DNA from: an uncultured Nitrososphaerota archaeon
Lineage (GTDB): Archaea > Thermoproteota > Nitrososphaeria > Nitrososphaerales > CADDZS01
Reading direction: 5' to 3'
Length of the DNA stretch: 64,000 nt
Assembly: GCA_963799845.1 (NCBI GenBank)
Contig: CAWCYI010000007.1
Location: forward strand, 1-64,000
Each line of letters starts with the position of its first letter. The first letter of the stretch is position 1. The position numbers were made by a program, and so were the translations under genes. Positions 11,986 through 23,501 of the stretch are shown here, piece after piece. The notes beneath the pieces are model-generated. The model ran no database searches, was not told where the DNA came from, and saw only the letters and a list, made by a program, of their open reading frames with translations.

Positions 11986-12040
11986 TTACTAGTAAATTGG
12001 GGTTCAAATCCCACATTTCGCCCATGGAATTTACTGGTAA
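11986..12040 (+). repeat. 55-bp hairpin repeat copy A
   Basis: TTACTAGTAAATTGGGGTTCAAATCCCACATTTCGCCCATGGAATTTACTGGTAA. Confidence 0.75.
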
Positions 12041-12183
12041 GAAATCTCTCTACTAAAAGCAATACTTGCAAAGAAAAACAAGATGTGGATGGACCATCCA
12101 ACCGCTTTGATTTCTATCACCTGCAACGCCTCCTTTTTCAAAATGATATAATAGGCAGAGAACATTTGTAGAATCCCTAACGA

Positions 12184-13528
12184 ATGATCGTCCCCGAGAC
12201 AAAGTACGCTAAGATAGACGATGTCCACATCGCCTACCAAATCTTCGGAAGTGGTTCGATTCCTGTGGTTGTGGCCCCCGGCTGGACGTCACATATTGAA
12301 TATGCTTGGGAGGAACCCTCTTACGCACACTTCCTCGAGCGATTAGGATCCTTTGCGCGTGTGGCCTGGTTTGACAAGAGGGGAAACAGGCCTCTCTGAC
12401 AAAGTGAAGGATCTTCCAACACTTGAACAGAGGATGGACGACATTAGGGCAGTAATGCAAGCTGTGGGATTCGAGAAAGCAGCTGTGTTCGGGATCAGCG
12501 AGGGTGGTTCGATGTGCGCATTGTTTGCCGCAACCTATCCTCAGAGGACGACAGCGTTGATACTTTATGGCGCGTTCGCAAAAAGGCTTTGGAGCGAAGA
12601 TTACCCGTGGGCTCCAACTCTGGAAGAAAGGGAAAAGTGGATCGAGAGTCTAGAGAGCGGGTGGGGCGGGCCGGTGGAGATTTCCGATTTGGCTCCATCC
12701 GTCGCACATGAAGAACATTTCGTGAAGTGGTTCACAACCTACGGAAGGTTGAGCGCCAGCCCTTCGGCAGCGGTAGCACTCGCAAGGATGAACACTTACA
12801 TCGACATACGAAACGTCCTACCTTCCATCCATGTGCCGACCCTTGTTATGCATCGGAGAGGAGACAGGGACTCCAGTGTCGAAAACGGCAAGTATCTTTC
12901 ACAAAACATTCCGGGAGCCAAATTCGTCGAACTAGAGGGCGAAGATCATATCCCTTGGGTGGGAGACTCAAATGCAATCGTCGACCAAATCGAAGAATTT
13001 CTTACAGGTATGAGATCGGAGAACTCGTCAGATCTGAACGAAAGAGTACTTGCTACAATTCTTCTAACTGATATTGTGGGTTCAACTGAAAAGGCAAACC
13101 AGCTTGGCGACAAAGGCTGGAAGAGTTTGATCACTAAGCACAACGAGATAATACGAAAGGAGCTCGAACGTTTCAACGGGAGGGAAATAAAATCAACCGG
13201 CGATGGATTTCTTCTGACGTTCGACGGCCCCGCTCGCGCCATCAAGTGCGCCTGTTCAGTCCGGGACAGGATTCGTAGTCAATTGGGAATTTCGATAAGA
13301 GCAGGGATACATACGGGTGAGTGCGAATTGATCGGCGAGAATGACATTGGTGGAATGGCCGTCCACATAGCTTCGAGGGTTGAATCGTTTGCAAAGCAAG
13401 ACGAAGTTTTGGTGTCGAATACGGTCAAAGATCTCGTTTCCGGCTCCGGGATAAAATTTAGCGATCTTGGCTTGCACACTTTGAAGGGGATACCAGAGCA
13501 GTGGAGGCTGCTCAAGGTCTTGAATTGA
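12184..13528 (+). CDS. Alpha/beta hydrolase - class III adenylate/guanylate cyclase fusion (LipJ-like), frameshift near 12380
   Basis: HIAYQ, FDKRG(TG)LSD, GISEGG; ATILLTDIVGST, TGDGFL, RAGIHTGECE, VHIASRV. Confidence 0.9.
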
Positions 13529-13920
13529 AAGTGGGATCCTACTTTATTCATTGAGTTTTCTTGTTTTATTCTTCTTGGCACAGCGAACATTTTTCGTCTT
13601 GTACTTCTTATTTGCAGAGTCCTTTCTCATCCGGAATAATGACGCCGCTACCGCTACAGTACTACTTCTTGTTCCTGTTTCCGATATATTCCGAGCTTTA
13701 ACCATGACACTTTTGTTCCAACGGATTGTACACAGGTATAAATAGAACTACGTCATGGGGGAACGAAACGTGCCAGGGGGTAGATTTCATAATGATAAAT
13801 TTTGACAGCCTTGTGATCCTTGTGATCGGAGTCGGCGGCCTTGTTATCGGCAGTGGCGGTTTGGTCTACGTTATCAAAAAACAGCAACGCAGCCAGATGG
13901 AGAGGTGAAAGGTCGATAAA

Positions 13921-14422
13921 ATGAAGATAATTCTAACGAGAACGGTTTTGATTCTTGCCCTTGTAATGATGCTCTCGGGGAGTCTTGTAACGTACGCTGC
14001 AACCACCCTTTTCACGCAAACGTTCCCAGCTGAAACGTTTGCCACTGCTTCCCTAAACGTAGGATCGAAATGCAGCGGCGGGGACCTGGTCCTAGTGCCG
14101 GCAGATAGTACCGTTCCAAACTCAGCAGGTCAGTATGCAGCTCTTGAGTTTGCGTGCGACAGCACAGGTGACGCGGCATTCACTAGTACCTGGGACGACA
14201 AGTACTACTGTGACAGTCACTCCGACATTTACTCTTCCAAGTGGGTGGAATTTCTTTGTCGGTCCACAGAATTCTCCCACCACAATTGCTTGCTCAAACG
14301 TGGAGTATGAGCCCACTAGCGGGTCTCCAGTGACTCTGACAGGCGGCACCTCCTACGCGTACTGTCTAACTTCAACAAGCGCCTCCAGTTTCAGCTCGTT
14401 CACCGTAACTTGGTCGCAGTAA
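13921..14422 (+). CDS. Secreted Cys-containing protein, frameshift near 14190
   Basis: Signal peptide; paralog of 14580..15128 (PTF.LP.GW, YCLT.TSASSFS.F...WS). Confidence 0.65.
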
Positions 14423-14579
14423 ATCCCCTTCGAGTCGTTGAGAATTACGACGATGAAGCTCCAGCTTTTCTTTGGGCTTCAGGGATAATTTAGCTGACAT
14501 CAGCGATTTGTCACATGCAGCTATATATCACAGAATCTGACTTTGAATTCCATACGCAAGAATCCCCACGAAGTACCGA

Positions 14580-15128
14580 TTGGCGGTGAAAAGCAAGATG
14601 CTTGTAAAAAGAAGCCTGTTGGTGGTTTTCGTATTTACGATGATTTTGGGATTATCTCTTGAAGTTTTTGTTTTTTCAAATTCTCCCATGCTTCTATCCA
14701 GCTTTGCAGCTTCTGATCAGATAGTCTACAACTCTATGCCGAGTGCTTCTTCACCTCCGCAATTGTTGAGCGGATGTAGTCGTATGACATTGAACGTCCA
14801 TCAAAGTAAGATTCCTTCTTTTTCAGGCAGACCGGCTGTCCTGGTCTTCGGGTGCGGACGAGGCGGCAATCTTCCGGCCCTTTTGACGGTTGGCTCGCGA
14901 CATAGCTCACTCACGTTTGTTCCGACCTTTAGCTTGCCCTTTGGCTGGAGTCTCGGAATTGCAAGAGTACAACCTTCGATGGAGTGTTCCTCTTCTTCAC
15001 CTAGCCGGCTGCTCGAGTTAACAAGCGGAGGACCGGCAACATTGACCCCTCTGACTCAATATATCTATTGTCTCACAGCAACAAGCGCTTCGAGCTTTTC
15101 GACCTTTTCAATTGCCTGGTCCAGCTAG
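14580..15128 (+). CDS. Secreted protein, paralog of the upstream gene
   Basis: N-terminal hydrophobic segment; shared C-terminal motifs. Confidence 0.65.
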   Translation: MAVKSKMLVKRSLLVVFVFTMILGLSLEVFVFSNSPMLLSSFAASDQIVYNSMPSASSPPQLLSGCSRMTLNVHQSKIPSFSGRPAVLVFGCGRGGNLPALLTVGSRHSSLTFVPTFSLPFGWSLGIARVQPSMECSSSSPSRLLELTSGGPATLTPLTQYIYCLTATSASSFSTFSIAWSS

Positions 15129-15442
15129 AATGCTCTAAAGAAGATCAAAAAGCGTTGGCCAAATTTGGCTGATCTTTATCTTTGGCTGGGCCTTGTTAGC
15201 GGCAGCTTTGACAGCGGTACCCGAGTTCTCTTCTTGGGCTACAGCCCAATCTATATGGTCCATGTAAACCTTTTTAAAATTGGTATCGTTGTAGTTGAAG
15301 AGCGTCAATTACCTGAAAACCCTTCTACTTCCCTGGAAGATTTCCTAACTGCGAACAGTTAATGGTACGCCTGTCTTCCTCAGAGCTATTGAACCGCCAT
15401 CTAATACCATATTCTCTTCGGTAGACTTGTATTGGTTTATAG

Positions 15443-16567
15443 CTAGTGCCGTGTCCATAAAGGTCGTCTGAGTTTCCTCCTCCCATCCTTTCTTCTTGCT
15501 TGCGTATCTCTGAACCTTTTGCCTCTTGCCCTCCTTTCGATGTTACGATAGCTCACTGCTTTTTGGAAAGCTCTTCCAACCTCATCCCAGCTCTTGTAAT
15601 TGGTTCCGCTCAAGGCAAGCTTCTGTATGTCGCCCGTGTGGCACTCGACAGGATTCATCCAGCTCGCATTCGTCGCTGTTGGAACGAGTGCTGTATTGGT
15701 GGAATGAGCCCATCTTCGAATGTCAGGAGTCCAGTGAGCTCTAAAACCGTCCTGTATCATGTACACCCTTTCATCAAGAGGATATTTTGATCTCTCGCCT
15801 TTCAAGAACTCTAGCCACGGTTTTCCTCCCTTGTGAGCATACTGATCTATGCTCAAGCGCTGGTGGTAGACGTTCAGGCAAACGTATTCGTATCTCGCAC
15901 CTCCAAACTTGTTGTAGTTTGCTGGAATCCTTTCTGGGGCGGATTGCTCAAACCATCCTCTTCCTCCATGAGGAACGAGATTGAACGGACCCATCTCATC
16001 GAGGCTAAGTACCACGGGAGGATTCGATTTCTTTCGCGTCAATCGCTCTATGCGAGCTTTCTTTTTCTCAAATTCAGGATCTTGTGATTCCTTCCACGTC
16101 TTCACGCTCTGGAAGCTGATGTCTGACTCATCCAGTATTATTCGGAGCCATTCCTTGCTGATCGAATCCACTAGCCCCCTCTTCTCAGCCTCGGTCTTTA
16201 GACGACGCAGGCTCCACTGCTGGAATGGCAGTCCGAGATTCTTGGGCTGACTCGTTGCAAGAGAGACGAGCTTTGCCTTCTGTTCGGGAGTGAATTTCCT
16301 GTTTCCTCCAGGCTTCCAGTGAGGCTTCAGCATCGCCAGCCCTTCCTCATTGAAAGATTTGATCAACGACCTAACATAATCCTGACTCATCATCACAATC
16401 TCTCCTATCTTTGGAGGAGTGAATCCCTGAGCGCTAGAAAGTACGACCTGAGCTCTTCTCATCTCTATTGGATCCTTGCCGTAACGTCCTATCTGTCTGA
16501 GCTTGTTCCCCTCCTCATTCGTTATGCTGCGAACATGGACTACCATGTTCGAAGACGAACATGACAT
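15443..16567 (-). CDS. IS630-family transposase
   Basis: HTH N-terminus, WSLRRL, SLDEMGP, IQDGFRAH, ASWMNPVE (DDE); stop codon uses the target TA. Confidence 0.92.
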   Translation of the reverse strand: MSCSSSNMVVHVRSITNEEGNKLRQIGRYGKDPIEMRRAQVVLSSAQGFTPPKIGEIVMMSQDYVRSLIKSFNEEGLAMLKPHWKPGGNRKFTPEQKAKLVSLATSQPKNLGLPFQQWSLRRLKTEAEKRGLVDSISKEWLRIILDESDISFQSVKTWKESQDPEFEKKKARIERLTRKKSNPPVVLSLDEMGPFNLVPHGGRGWFEQSAPERIPANYNKFGGARYEYVCLNVYHQRLSIDQYAHKGGKPWLEFLKGERSKYPLDERVYMIQDGFRAHWTPDIRRWAHSTNTALVPTATNASWMNPVECHTGDIQKLALSGTNYKSWDEVGRAFQKAVSYRNIERRARGKRFRDTQARRKDGRRKLRRPLWTRH

Positions 16568-16618
16568 GGCCTTAAATCTTCGCGTAAAAATCTAGAACAA
16601 GCTATCTGGCCGCGGCAC
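15446..16618 (-). mobile_element. IS630-family insertion sequence
   Basis: Ends GTGCCGTGTCCATA and (reverse complement) GTGCCGCGGCCAGA, flanked by a TA duplication in an AGCTAGCT target. Confidence 0.9.
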
Positions 16619-17501
16619 TAGCTTTATGATACCTGCTCTAAAATTGGAGACGAAAATCCCTTCGTTTGTATCCTTGACAAAAACCTGAGCTATTTGTTCA
16701 GTGGAATGTGAAAAAGAAGAACTAGGTCTCTGAAAATAAGATCTTGGGCGCGGTTAGAACTAAAGGGTTAGTATTTCAAGCAAATTGAATTGAAAATGAG
16801 TATTTTTTAGGGCACGACTACGATGATTTTCATTGAAAGTACACTCTCCAATTATGTCGAAGCCTCGTTGCGGCAGCAAAAGAGCGGAAAGAACGTGAAG
16901 GATTTGACAATCCGAAGTACTCTTCGCTATATATTAACCGCGACTATTATGAAACTTGGGAAGCCAGAGAGTTCTAACCAACTTGAAATACTTCTCGGCA
17001 GCTAAACTCGAGGAAATTTTGCCAAGCAGTCTTTACCTAGTCACTCTCCGCTCCCAAGTACAATTACGAGCCTTCTGTTCGATACTCATTCAAGTGTTAT
17101 TCCAATCTTTTCTTGAACAGACAATTTGTCGATCAAGATAACCCCAAACTCTTCTCAATATTCTGGAATGAAATTTCATTTATCAGCATTATGGGTTCGA
17201 TATTGAAATGTCAGAGCATGATGAGCCTCGATGTTGCGAATATTACGGCAGGGAAATCGAGAGCGATAGAAAAAACTACAAAATTTTGAAGTGTAAAACA
17301 TCAACAAGCAGCTTCCAGAAGAAATACTTCAAGCTGACTCGAGAATAGGGGTAAGGAGAACAGACTTAATCCTCTGTAATTTGGAAATGAATAGCTGAAA
17401 TTCAGACGAAGATCTTCCCAAGCTATACCCGCTAGAGGATCGATGTGCACCTCCGAGCCCATTTGCTGTTGCTTTTGAGCGGACTTTAGGGCGTTGGATT
17501 C

Positions 17502-18462
17502 TTATGCATCCAGATCGGTTTGAATGCGTGGCTTGGCGCTCAATTTCGGCACATCCTCAATATGTTTCTCCAGACATTCAATGAGGACCCTTGGTTGATG
17601 GACATGCCCAACCACAATTTCAATACGACACTGCATCACACCGTCGATTTGTCTGACATTTTCAGTAAGTTCCTTCAATAGGGTTACATTTGGCAGAATC
17701 AGGCTGCACATGCCAACGATGTCGAAAAGTGCTCCAAATATGAGGTAATCTTTCACGAGCTCAAGGACTTTGGGTTCGGCAGATGCCCTGGTTCTATTAT
17801 TTGCAAAAAAGATTAGAAGATCCGCTGGGACAGATCCCGACATCGCCCCATAATTTACATCGGCGAGGGAAACGATCATATTCTCTCGTGCAATTTTGGA
17901 TATTCTCCTCACGACCGATCGCGTCGAGATATTGAGACTTCTTCCTCAGCTCAGCATAACTAACCAATCCGTTGGTCGAAGACTGCAACATTAATCGAGC
18001 ATCAGATTGTGTAAAGGAATCTGGACAGGGTGGGAAGGGAATCCTACTAAGGGTCCCCTTGGGACCTGCGATCTTCCTTAGAGTACCAAGCTTTCTCTCA
18101 AGGTCTTCCTCATCTCTAAATACAAAAGTCAGCCATGCCATGCTTCCCAAAAAATCATGTGCACTAAGAAATCCATCGAAATCCTTGAGTTTTTGGAAGA
18201 CTTCTCCTTTGTCAAGTTCTGGAGGAATATCCACTGTATACGCTGCGGACATGAATTTGAATAGGTTGGGGTTAGGAAACGATAACGACCCCTTCACCAC
18301 TCCGATTTTGTACATCGTGTTGATCCTGTTCCGAACAGTGCCGAGAGAAATCCCGAGCTTCCTGGAAACATCCCGGTAGGAAGGTGAAAAGCCGGGCTTT
18401 CCGGGGAGGATTAGTCCACCTTGGTTAAGCTCCCTTATTATGGCGACGTCGATCTTGTCCAT
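17502..18462 (-). CDS. Lrp/AsnC-family transcriptional regulator (double HTH), frameshift near 17920
   Basis: MDKIDVAIIREL...SYRDVSRKLGISLGTVRNRINTM; second HTH spans the frameshift. Confidence 0.8.
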
Positions 18463-18585
18463 TTAGACTCGCCGGCCTCGAGATTTAGTTCTCAGAGCTT
18501 CAAAAACTTTGGCACTTTTGTTCAGTCCTTCTATACACACGTTTAAATAGTTCTCAGCTTTCCCCCCTACAGTCCGAAGTACAAC

Positions 18586-20082
18586 TTGTCTTATCCATCG
18601 GGTAAAATTATCGCGAGTGTTGCAGTTCTAGTTGTCTTTTTAGTCTCAGGAGTTCTTGCCAGTCCAAGGGCGTACGCGTTTGCAAGCGGGCAACCCGCGG
18701 CGATTGTTATCGGTTTCAACAATTTTACAACGAAAAATGCCAGTATTCCACCGACTCAAACCAGTCTCTATAGCCCAGGATCTATTGCATTTGATTCGAC
18801 TGGTAACATGTGGGTAGCTGATACATCAAACTCAAGGATACTAGAATTCAAGTCACCGTTTTCCAGCGGTGAAGGTGCAAGCATTGTCCTGGGTTATTCA
18901 AGTTTCGATGTTTCAGCTCTGAGTACGCCAAACTCGACTGACTTGTTTACTCCAGAAGGGATTGCTTTCGATCCATCGGGCAACCTCTGGGTCTCGGACC
19001 AGACATTCAATAGGGTCGTGGAATTCAAGGCACCGTTTTCGGACGGCGAAAATGAAAGTGTCGTCATAGGTCAGCCGACGTTCACGACTGAAAGCAGTCC
19101 TGACGCTACTGCAAACTCCACCATTCTCAATTCACCATCAGGCCTAGCATTTGATCCATCAGGTAATCTCTGGGTCTCAGATGACGGCTGGGACCGAGTA
19201 CTCGAGTTCAAAGCACCATTGACTACTTACGAGGCCGCGAGCACAGTTATCGGTCAGACAAACTTCACCTCAGGAGTTCAAGACATTCCTGGATGTCCCC
19301 AAAATTGCGCGGCGCTTACCTCTCCCAATAGTTTGAACGATCCCAGGGCGATCACCTTCGATTCATCCGGAAACCTCTGGGTCGCTGATTCGCACGGCGG
19401 CAGGGTCTTGAAGTTCAATGCACCAGTCTCAACCGGTGAAAGTGCGAGTGTCGCTCTTGGTGTCCCAGATCTCAATCATTTGGCAGCGTTTGGTTGTGTC
19501 GAAGGCGGCCCTAACTGTATTTCCCTACCGGATTCCCTCGCCTTCGATAAATCCGGGAACTTGTGGGTATCGGACGACCCCGCAGGAAGGGTGCTGGAGT
19601 ACACATCCCCTCAATCTACTGCCGAGAATGCGTCATTGGCCATCGGACAGCCAAATACCACGATCATAAACGGCGCCGGAATCTTTAACGTAACGCAATC
19701 AGACATGATAGGAAATGACGGAGTCGTGATAGATCCTTCTGGAAACCTATGGGTGAGTGATGGTGGGGATAATCGCGTGCTTGAATTCTTATCAACTGTA
19801 CAGGGAAGTGCGACTACCAGTTCTTCGGCAACTCCGGCAACTTCGACGGCTAGCTCTTCGGTGACTTCTCCGGCTTCATCTGTATCGAGCATCACTGCTT
19901 CGATTTCGATACCCAGTACATCTTTGCAACAATCATCTACACACTCTACGACAAGCATCGTAGTAACATCTTCGAGCAGCAACTCCTCTACGTCAATTTC
20001 CCTGAACTACCTCGCGGTAGTCGCAGTTGTATTGTTCGTGATGGCCACCACGTTCATCGTGCTGCGAAGACAGCGAAAGTAG
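18586..20082 (+). CDS. Secreted NHL-repeat beta-propeller surface protein with Ser/Thr linker and C-terminal TM anchor
   Basis: Repeated P.GIAFD.SGNLWVSD..NRVLEF; basic tail RRQRK. Confidence 0.9.
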   Translation: MSYPSGKIIASVAVLVVFLVSGVLASPRAYAFASGQPAAIVIGFNNFTTKNASIPPTQTSLYSPGSIAFDSTGNMWVADTSNSRILEFKSPFSSGEGASIVLGYSSFDVSALSTPNSTDLFTPEGIAFDPSGNLWVSDQTFNRVVEFKAPFSDGENESVVIGQPTFTTESSPDATANSTILNSPSGLAFDPSGNLWVSDDGWDRVLEFKAPLTTYEAASTVIGQTNFTSGVQDIPGCPQNCAALTSPNSLNDPRAITFDSSGNLWVADSHGGRVLKFNAPVSTGESASVALGVPDLNHLAAFGCVEGGPNCISLPDSLAFDKSGNLWVSDDPAGRVLEYTSPQSTAENASLAIGQPNTTIINGAGIFNVTQSDMIGNDGVVIDPSGNLWVSDGGDNRVLEFLSTVQGSATTSSSATPATSTASSSVTSPASSVSSITASISIPSTSLQQSSTHSTTSIVVTSSSSNSSTSISLNYLAVVAVVLFVMATTFIVLRRQRK

Positions 20083-20463
20083 ATCAGGATTCTTTCAAAA
20101 AACGGTACCTGACCAGAATCAGGACTGCGTCTGTAACAATTAGTGCAACGCCCGGATAAACGAGCGCTTTTGCCCTAAAGACCCGCTCGAAGAAAAATAA
20201 TTTTAGACGATTTAGAAGGGCAAGAGCGAGTTATCGATGTTTCGCTCCCCTACATCTGGGTCGGTAAATGGGGAGCTGTAGGAATTCGCAAAGAACTCGG
20301 AGATCAATTCTGGGTTCACTCGAAGAAACAGACTCGCAGAACTTCCGAAAGCGAGAAAATCGAAAGCGCGGTCGGAACAACTTTCTCCGGTAAAGACTGG
20401 GGGATTTGTTTCGTCCATGACGTAATGATGGGAAAAGAGAGATTCGAAGGTATCCTGGCATTT

Positions 20464-20518
20464 TTACTAGTAAATTCGCGCGGGGGTCCCACGTTCCGCA
20501 CTCGGGATTTACTAGTAA
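20464..20518 (+). repeat. 55-bp hairpin repeat copy B (best conserved)
   Basis: TTACTAGTAAATTCGCGCGGGGGTCCCACGTTCCGCACTCGGGATTTACTAGTAA. Confidence 0.9.
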
Positions 20519-20652
20519 CGAACATTGAACATTGAGACACGATCCAAAGAGGCATATTTAGCATTCTCGTCTTAATGTTCCTTGACAAAGCCAAAACGCT
20601 AGGGGAAGGGTTTAGCAACTTCCGAGGAGTTGTCCAACGTCCTTGAGACGTG

Positions 20653-21165
20653 TTACGCAGTTTTCTGAGAGTTCTGGGATGGAATCTTGGCAAAGTCGTT
20701 GCTACGTTGCAGGGCCCTCATGAGATTGTCGATGTCCGGAGGAGGTACGCGAGGTCGACGAATTTCCAAGTCGAACCACACGCCCTCAGATATCACGGCA
20801 GCCAATTCATCGTTAGCAATGTTGCGAAATGTATTCCTCACCCGAAATCGCACTCCATCGTCGGACAGACCTACCACCTCATAGCTCACTGTGAACTCAT
20901 CCATAAGTCGCAACTCTTTACGGTAAACAAGCTCGTCGCGCATCATGACCGGGGCGAACTTTTCGGAGGCAAAACGCTCAACAGTGAAGCCGTGTTCTGC
21001 AAAGAAAAGAATGCGCGTATTGTGGGCGTGGTCGAGGTAAGAAGTGTTGCCCATGTGCATGTTGCCATCCAAGTCGCTCCAGCCCACGCGAAATCGCTGC
21101 TCGAAGCGGATGGTCTTAGGCGACAACCTCTCGAGCTCCTTCGACGGCCTTTCTTGACTGTTCAT
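20653..21165 (-). CDS. Acyl-CoA thioesterase (4HBT/hotdog fold)
   Basis: VGWSDLDGNMHMGNTSYLD; GVWFDLEIRRP. Confidence 0.85.
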   Translation of the reverse strand: MNSQERPSKELERLSPKTIRFEQRFRVGWSDLDGNMHMGNTSYLDHAHNTRILFFAEHGFTVERFASEKFAPVMMRDELVYRKELRLMDEFTVSYEVVGLSDDGVRFRVRNTFRNIANDELAAVISEGVWFDLEIRRPRVPPPDIDNLMRALQRSNDFAKIPSQNSQKTA

Positions 21166-21273
21166 TGCTTCGCCTGTCCGCTTTCAGTTTTATCTAAATC
21201 TCGCGGGGAATTCGGAGAAGTAGGTCGGAACTCCCAGATCGTTATGTCCGTTAGTGGCAACCGGGCGTAATTC

Positions 21274-21294
21274 TACTAATAACGAACATTGAAC
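21274..21294 (+). repeat. Partial repeat end, direct repeat of 20510-20530
   Basis: TACTAATAACGAACATTGAAC vs TACTAGTAACGAACATTGAAC (20/21). Confidence 0.75.
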
Positions 21295-21431
21295 GATCAA
21301 TTTGGTGTGATTCTTCACTCTCAGAATGAATTCTCTGCGTTTTGTTTGATCTCCTAATTTTTTCCAGAGAATCTTAACTATAGTTTTTTTCCCTTGCTAA
21401 TTTAAATCAATATACTTTCTATATCTTTGAT

Positions 21432-22178
21432 GTGAGCGAGACGACATCAACTCGAGAGTTACAATCATCATCCATTGTCGAATTGCGGCAGTACACCCTG
21501 CGTCCGGGGAAACGTGATGTATTGATCGAACTCTTTGAACGATATTTTATTGATCCTCAGGAAGAAATGGGAGCAGAATTAATCGGCCAATTCCGCGATC
21601 TTGAGAATCCAGATCGGTTCGTGTGGTTGAGAGGCTTTCCCGATATGTTAGTTCGAAGAAAGATGCTTGAAGAATTTTACACTAGCCCTATCTGGAAAGC
21701 ACATCGAGAAGAAGCCAACGCCACCATGATGGACTCTGACAATGTTTTACTTTTGCGTACAGCCTGGTCGGGGTCTGGATTCTCACTGGGGCATCGTAAG
21801 ATTGTCGGATTAGATCAATCCAAATCGAGTCTTGTGACCGCAACGATTTGCTACTTTGACTCCCCTCCAAAAAACGAATTCTTTGTATTCTTCAAAGGGA
21901 CATTGCTACCAATACTAGTGCGATATGGTGCACCATGTCTTGCTACTTTTGTCACCGAATCCAGCCCCAATAACTATCCAAGACTAGCAGTGAGAGAAGG
22001 AGAATACGTGTTTGTCTGGTTCAGCTTATTTACAAACGGAACATCTTACGAGAATCACATTCGAGCTTTGGAAGAAAGTTCTGACTGGTTAAAGATCCAA
22101 GTTCAACTTAAGGAATTCTTGATCAAGCCGGTAGAGATCTTGAAGCTTTCACCGACTCCGCGTTCAAAGCTAATCTAA
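21432..22178 (+). CDS. NIPSNAP-family protein
   Basis: IVELRQYTLRPGKRD...GQFRDLENPDRFVWLRGF...LSPTPRS. Confidence 0.9.
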   Translation: MSETTSTRELQSSSIVELRQYTLRPGKRDVLIELFERYFIDPQEEMGAELIGQFRDLENPDRFVWLRGFPDMLVRRKMLEEFYTSPIWKAHREEANATMMDSDNVLLLRTAWSGSGFSLGHRKIVGLDQSKSSLVTATICYFDSPPKNEFFVFFKGTLLPILVRYGAPCLATFVTESSPNNYPRLAVREGEYVFVWFSLFTNGTSYENHIRALEESSDWLKIQVQLKEFLIKPVEILKLSPTPRSKLI

Positions 22179-22186
22179 CTCTAATG

Positions 22187-22312
22187 CTACTAGTAAATAC
22201 GTGCGCGAATCCCGTTACTCAACCGAGTTATGATTTTGTGGATTTACAATAGGGGTTGCATTTTTACTAGTAAATTCGTGCGGGGGTCCCACATCTCGCA
22301 CTCGGGATTTGC
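22187..22312 (+). repeat. Hairpin repeat copies C (degenerate, 22187) and D (22264)
   Basis: CTACTAGTAAATACGTGCGCGAATCCC; TTACTAGTAAATTCGTGCGGGGGTCCCACATCTCGCACTCGGGATTT. Confidence 0.85.
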
Positions 22313-22486
22313 TTACCCTACTGTTCAAACTTTTTTATGAGTGCCAAGATATTGGGTTCTAGTCTACAACCCAAAAATAAACGAGACCTTGAATTGCCCT
22401 AGGAGAAACTATCTCTGTCAATCAGCACTGATTCATACGTAGAACCATTTGCGTTTAAGTTACGGTCTGGATAGTCCCTTCAGCTT

Positions 22487-23203
22487 CTACGGAGGGAGTC
22501 CCACCTTCTCGCAAAATTCTGTGAATCTCGGGTCTTCCCACAACCCCTCGAAGAAGGGGTCGAACTTGATCAAAAACCACCAGGAATGAAACTCTACCTC
22601 TTTCATAAGAGCCTCAAACGCCTCATCGAGGTCCCCCATCGACGTCCTTATCCACACCTGAGCGTCGCGACGGTTCGATTCATTTTCATCCGCCATCAGA
22701 GCTCGTAGTTCATCTTTCGCCTCCCCCCTTCTTCCCACTAGGGCGTACATCATTCCCCGCGCTACTCTCAGCCAATAATTGTCGGGATATATTTTCAGAC
22801 CCTCACTCAGTATCTCGCCGGCTCTGGTGAAATCCTTTGTCTGTAGATAGCAAAACGCAGTTTGGAGATAGATTACTGGATTTGACCTGTCGCGTCCTTT
22901 GAACCTTTTCACAACGTGTAATGCTTCGTCTACTTTCCCTTCTGCCCTCAGGATGTTGGTCAATACACGCATGGGGCCCGGGTTAAGTGGATCTAAGTAG
23001 CACGCCTTCTGAGGGTAATTGACAGCCTTGTCGAATCTGCCGAAAGTAGCGTGGTGAACGGCCAGGTCCTGATTTGCCCAAGCCAGGTTCGGGTTGATCC
23101 GAATCGCCTTCTCGAGCTCAAGCCGCGATTCCTCGAATCTATCCATGGCTTCATGTACAGTGTCCTTGTTCGCCGATCTGTTTTTCCTGATTCGATGGTT
23201 CAT
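22487..23203 (-). pseudogene. TPR-repeat C-terminal fragment (adenylate cyclase/TolB-TPR type)
   Basis: TPR helices ending KFDPFFEGLWEDPRFTEFCEKVGL; N-terminus looks unrelated. Confidence 0.65.
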
Positions 23204-23501
23204 GGATTTGCGCTTTAGGTGTCTCGACGATTTCTTGATTTGTGTCAGGCGAGGACTTTCTTTGTCTGATTGTTTTGGGATCGGAAATTCTAAACCGCAT
23301 CACTTCGCCGCCTCGTCCGCGTTCTCCTGAGAAGTATCTCATCTCAACAAGCTTGCTTTTCAAGAGGTCTTGCAGTTCTTCCCCGAGATGTCCGGGACTG
23401 CTACCGTAGAGGGTCTTTGCGGGAATTTCAGTCCCCTGCGCGATCTGGACCACGCTTCTCCATCCGCACTTGTCGAGCGGTACTCTTCGATACCTCGTCA
23501 T
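23151..23501 (-). pseudogene. Fragment of an archaeal winged-helix-like protein
   Basis: LVEMRYFSGERGRGGEVMRFRI motif; appears truncated. Confidence 0.4.

Noticed and set aside
16620-17500. Long non-coding stretch next to IS630 as a possible ncRNA
   Set aside because: No evident structure; looks like degraded coding sequence
19805-20000. Low-complexity Ser/Thr-coding stretch
   Set aside because: Ordinary linker of a surface protein, not a DNA repeat element
20464-20518. Canonical integron attC site
   Set aside because: Lacks RYYYAAC/GTTRRRY boxes, and the integrase shows no recognisable IntI features
20212-21270. ORFs 20316..20693 and 20650..21270, and similar antisense ORFs over well-supported genes
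   Set aside because: Shadow frames with no recognisable motifs that overlap repeats or better-supported CDSs
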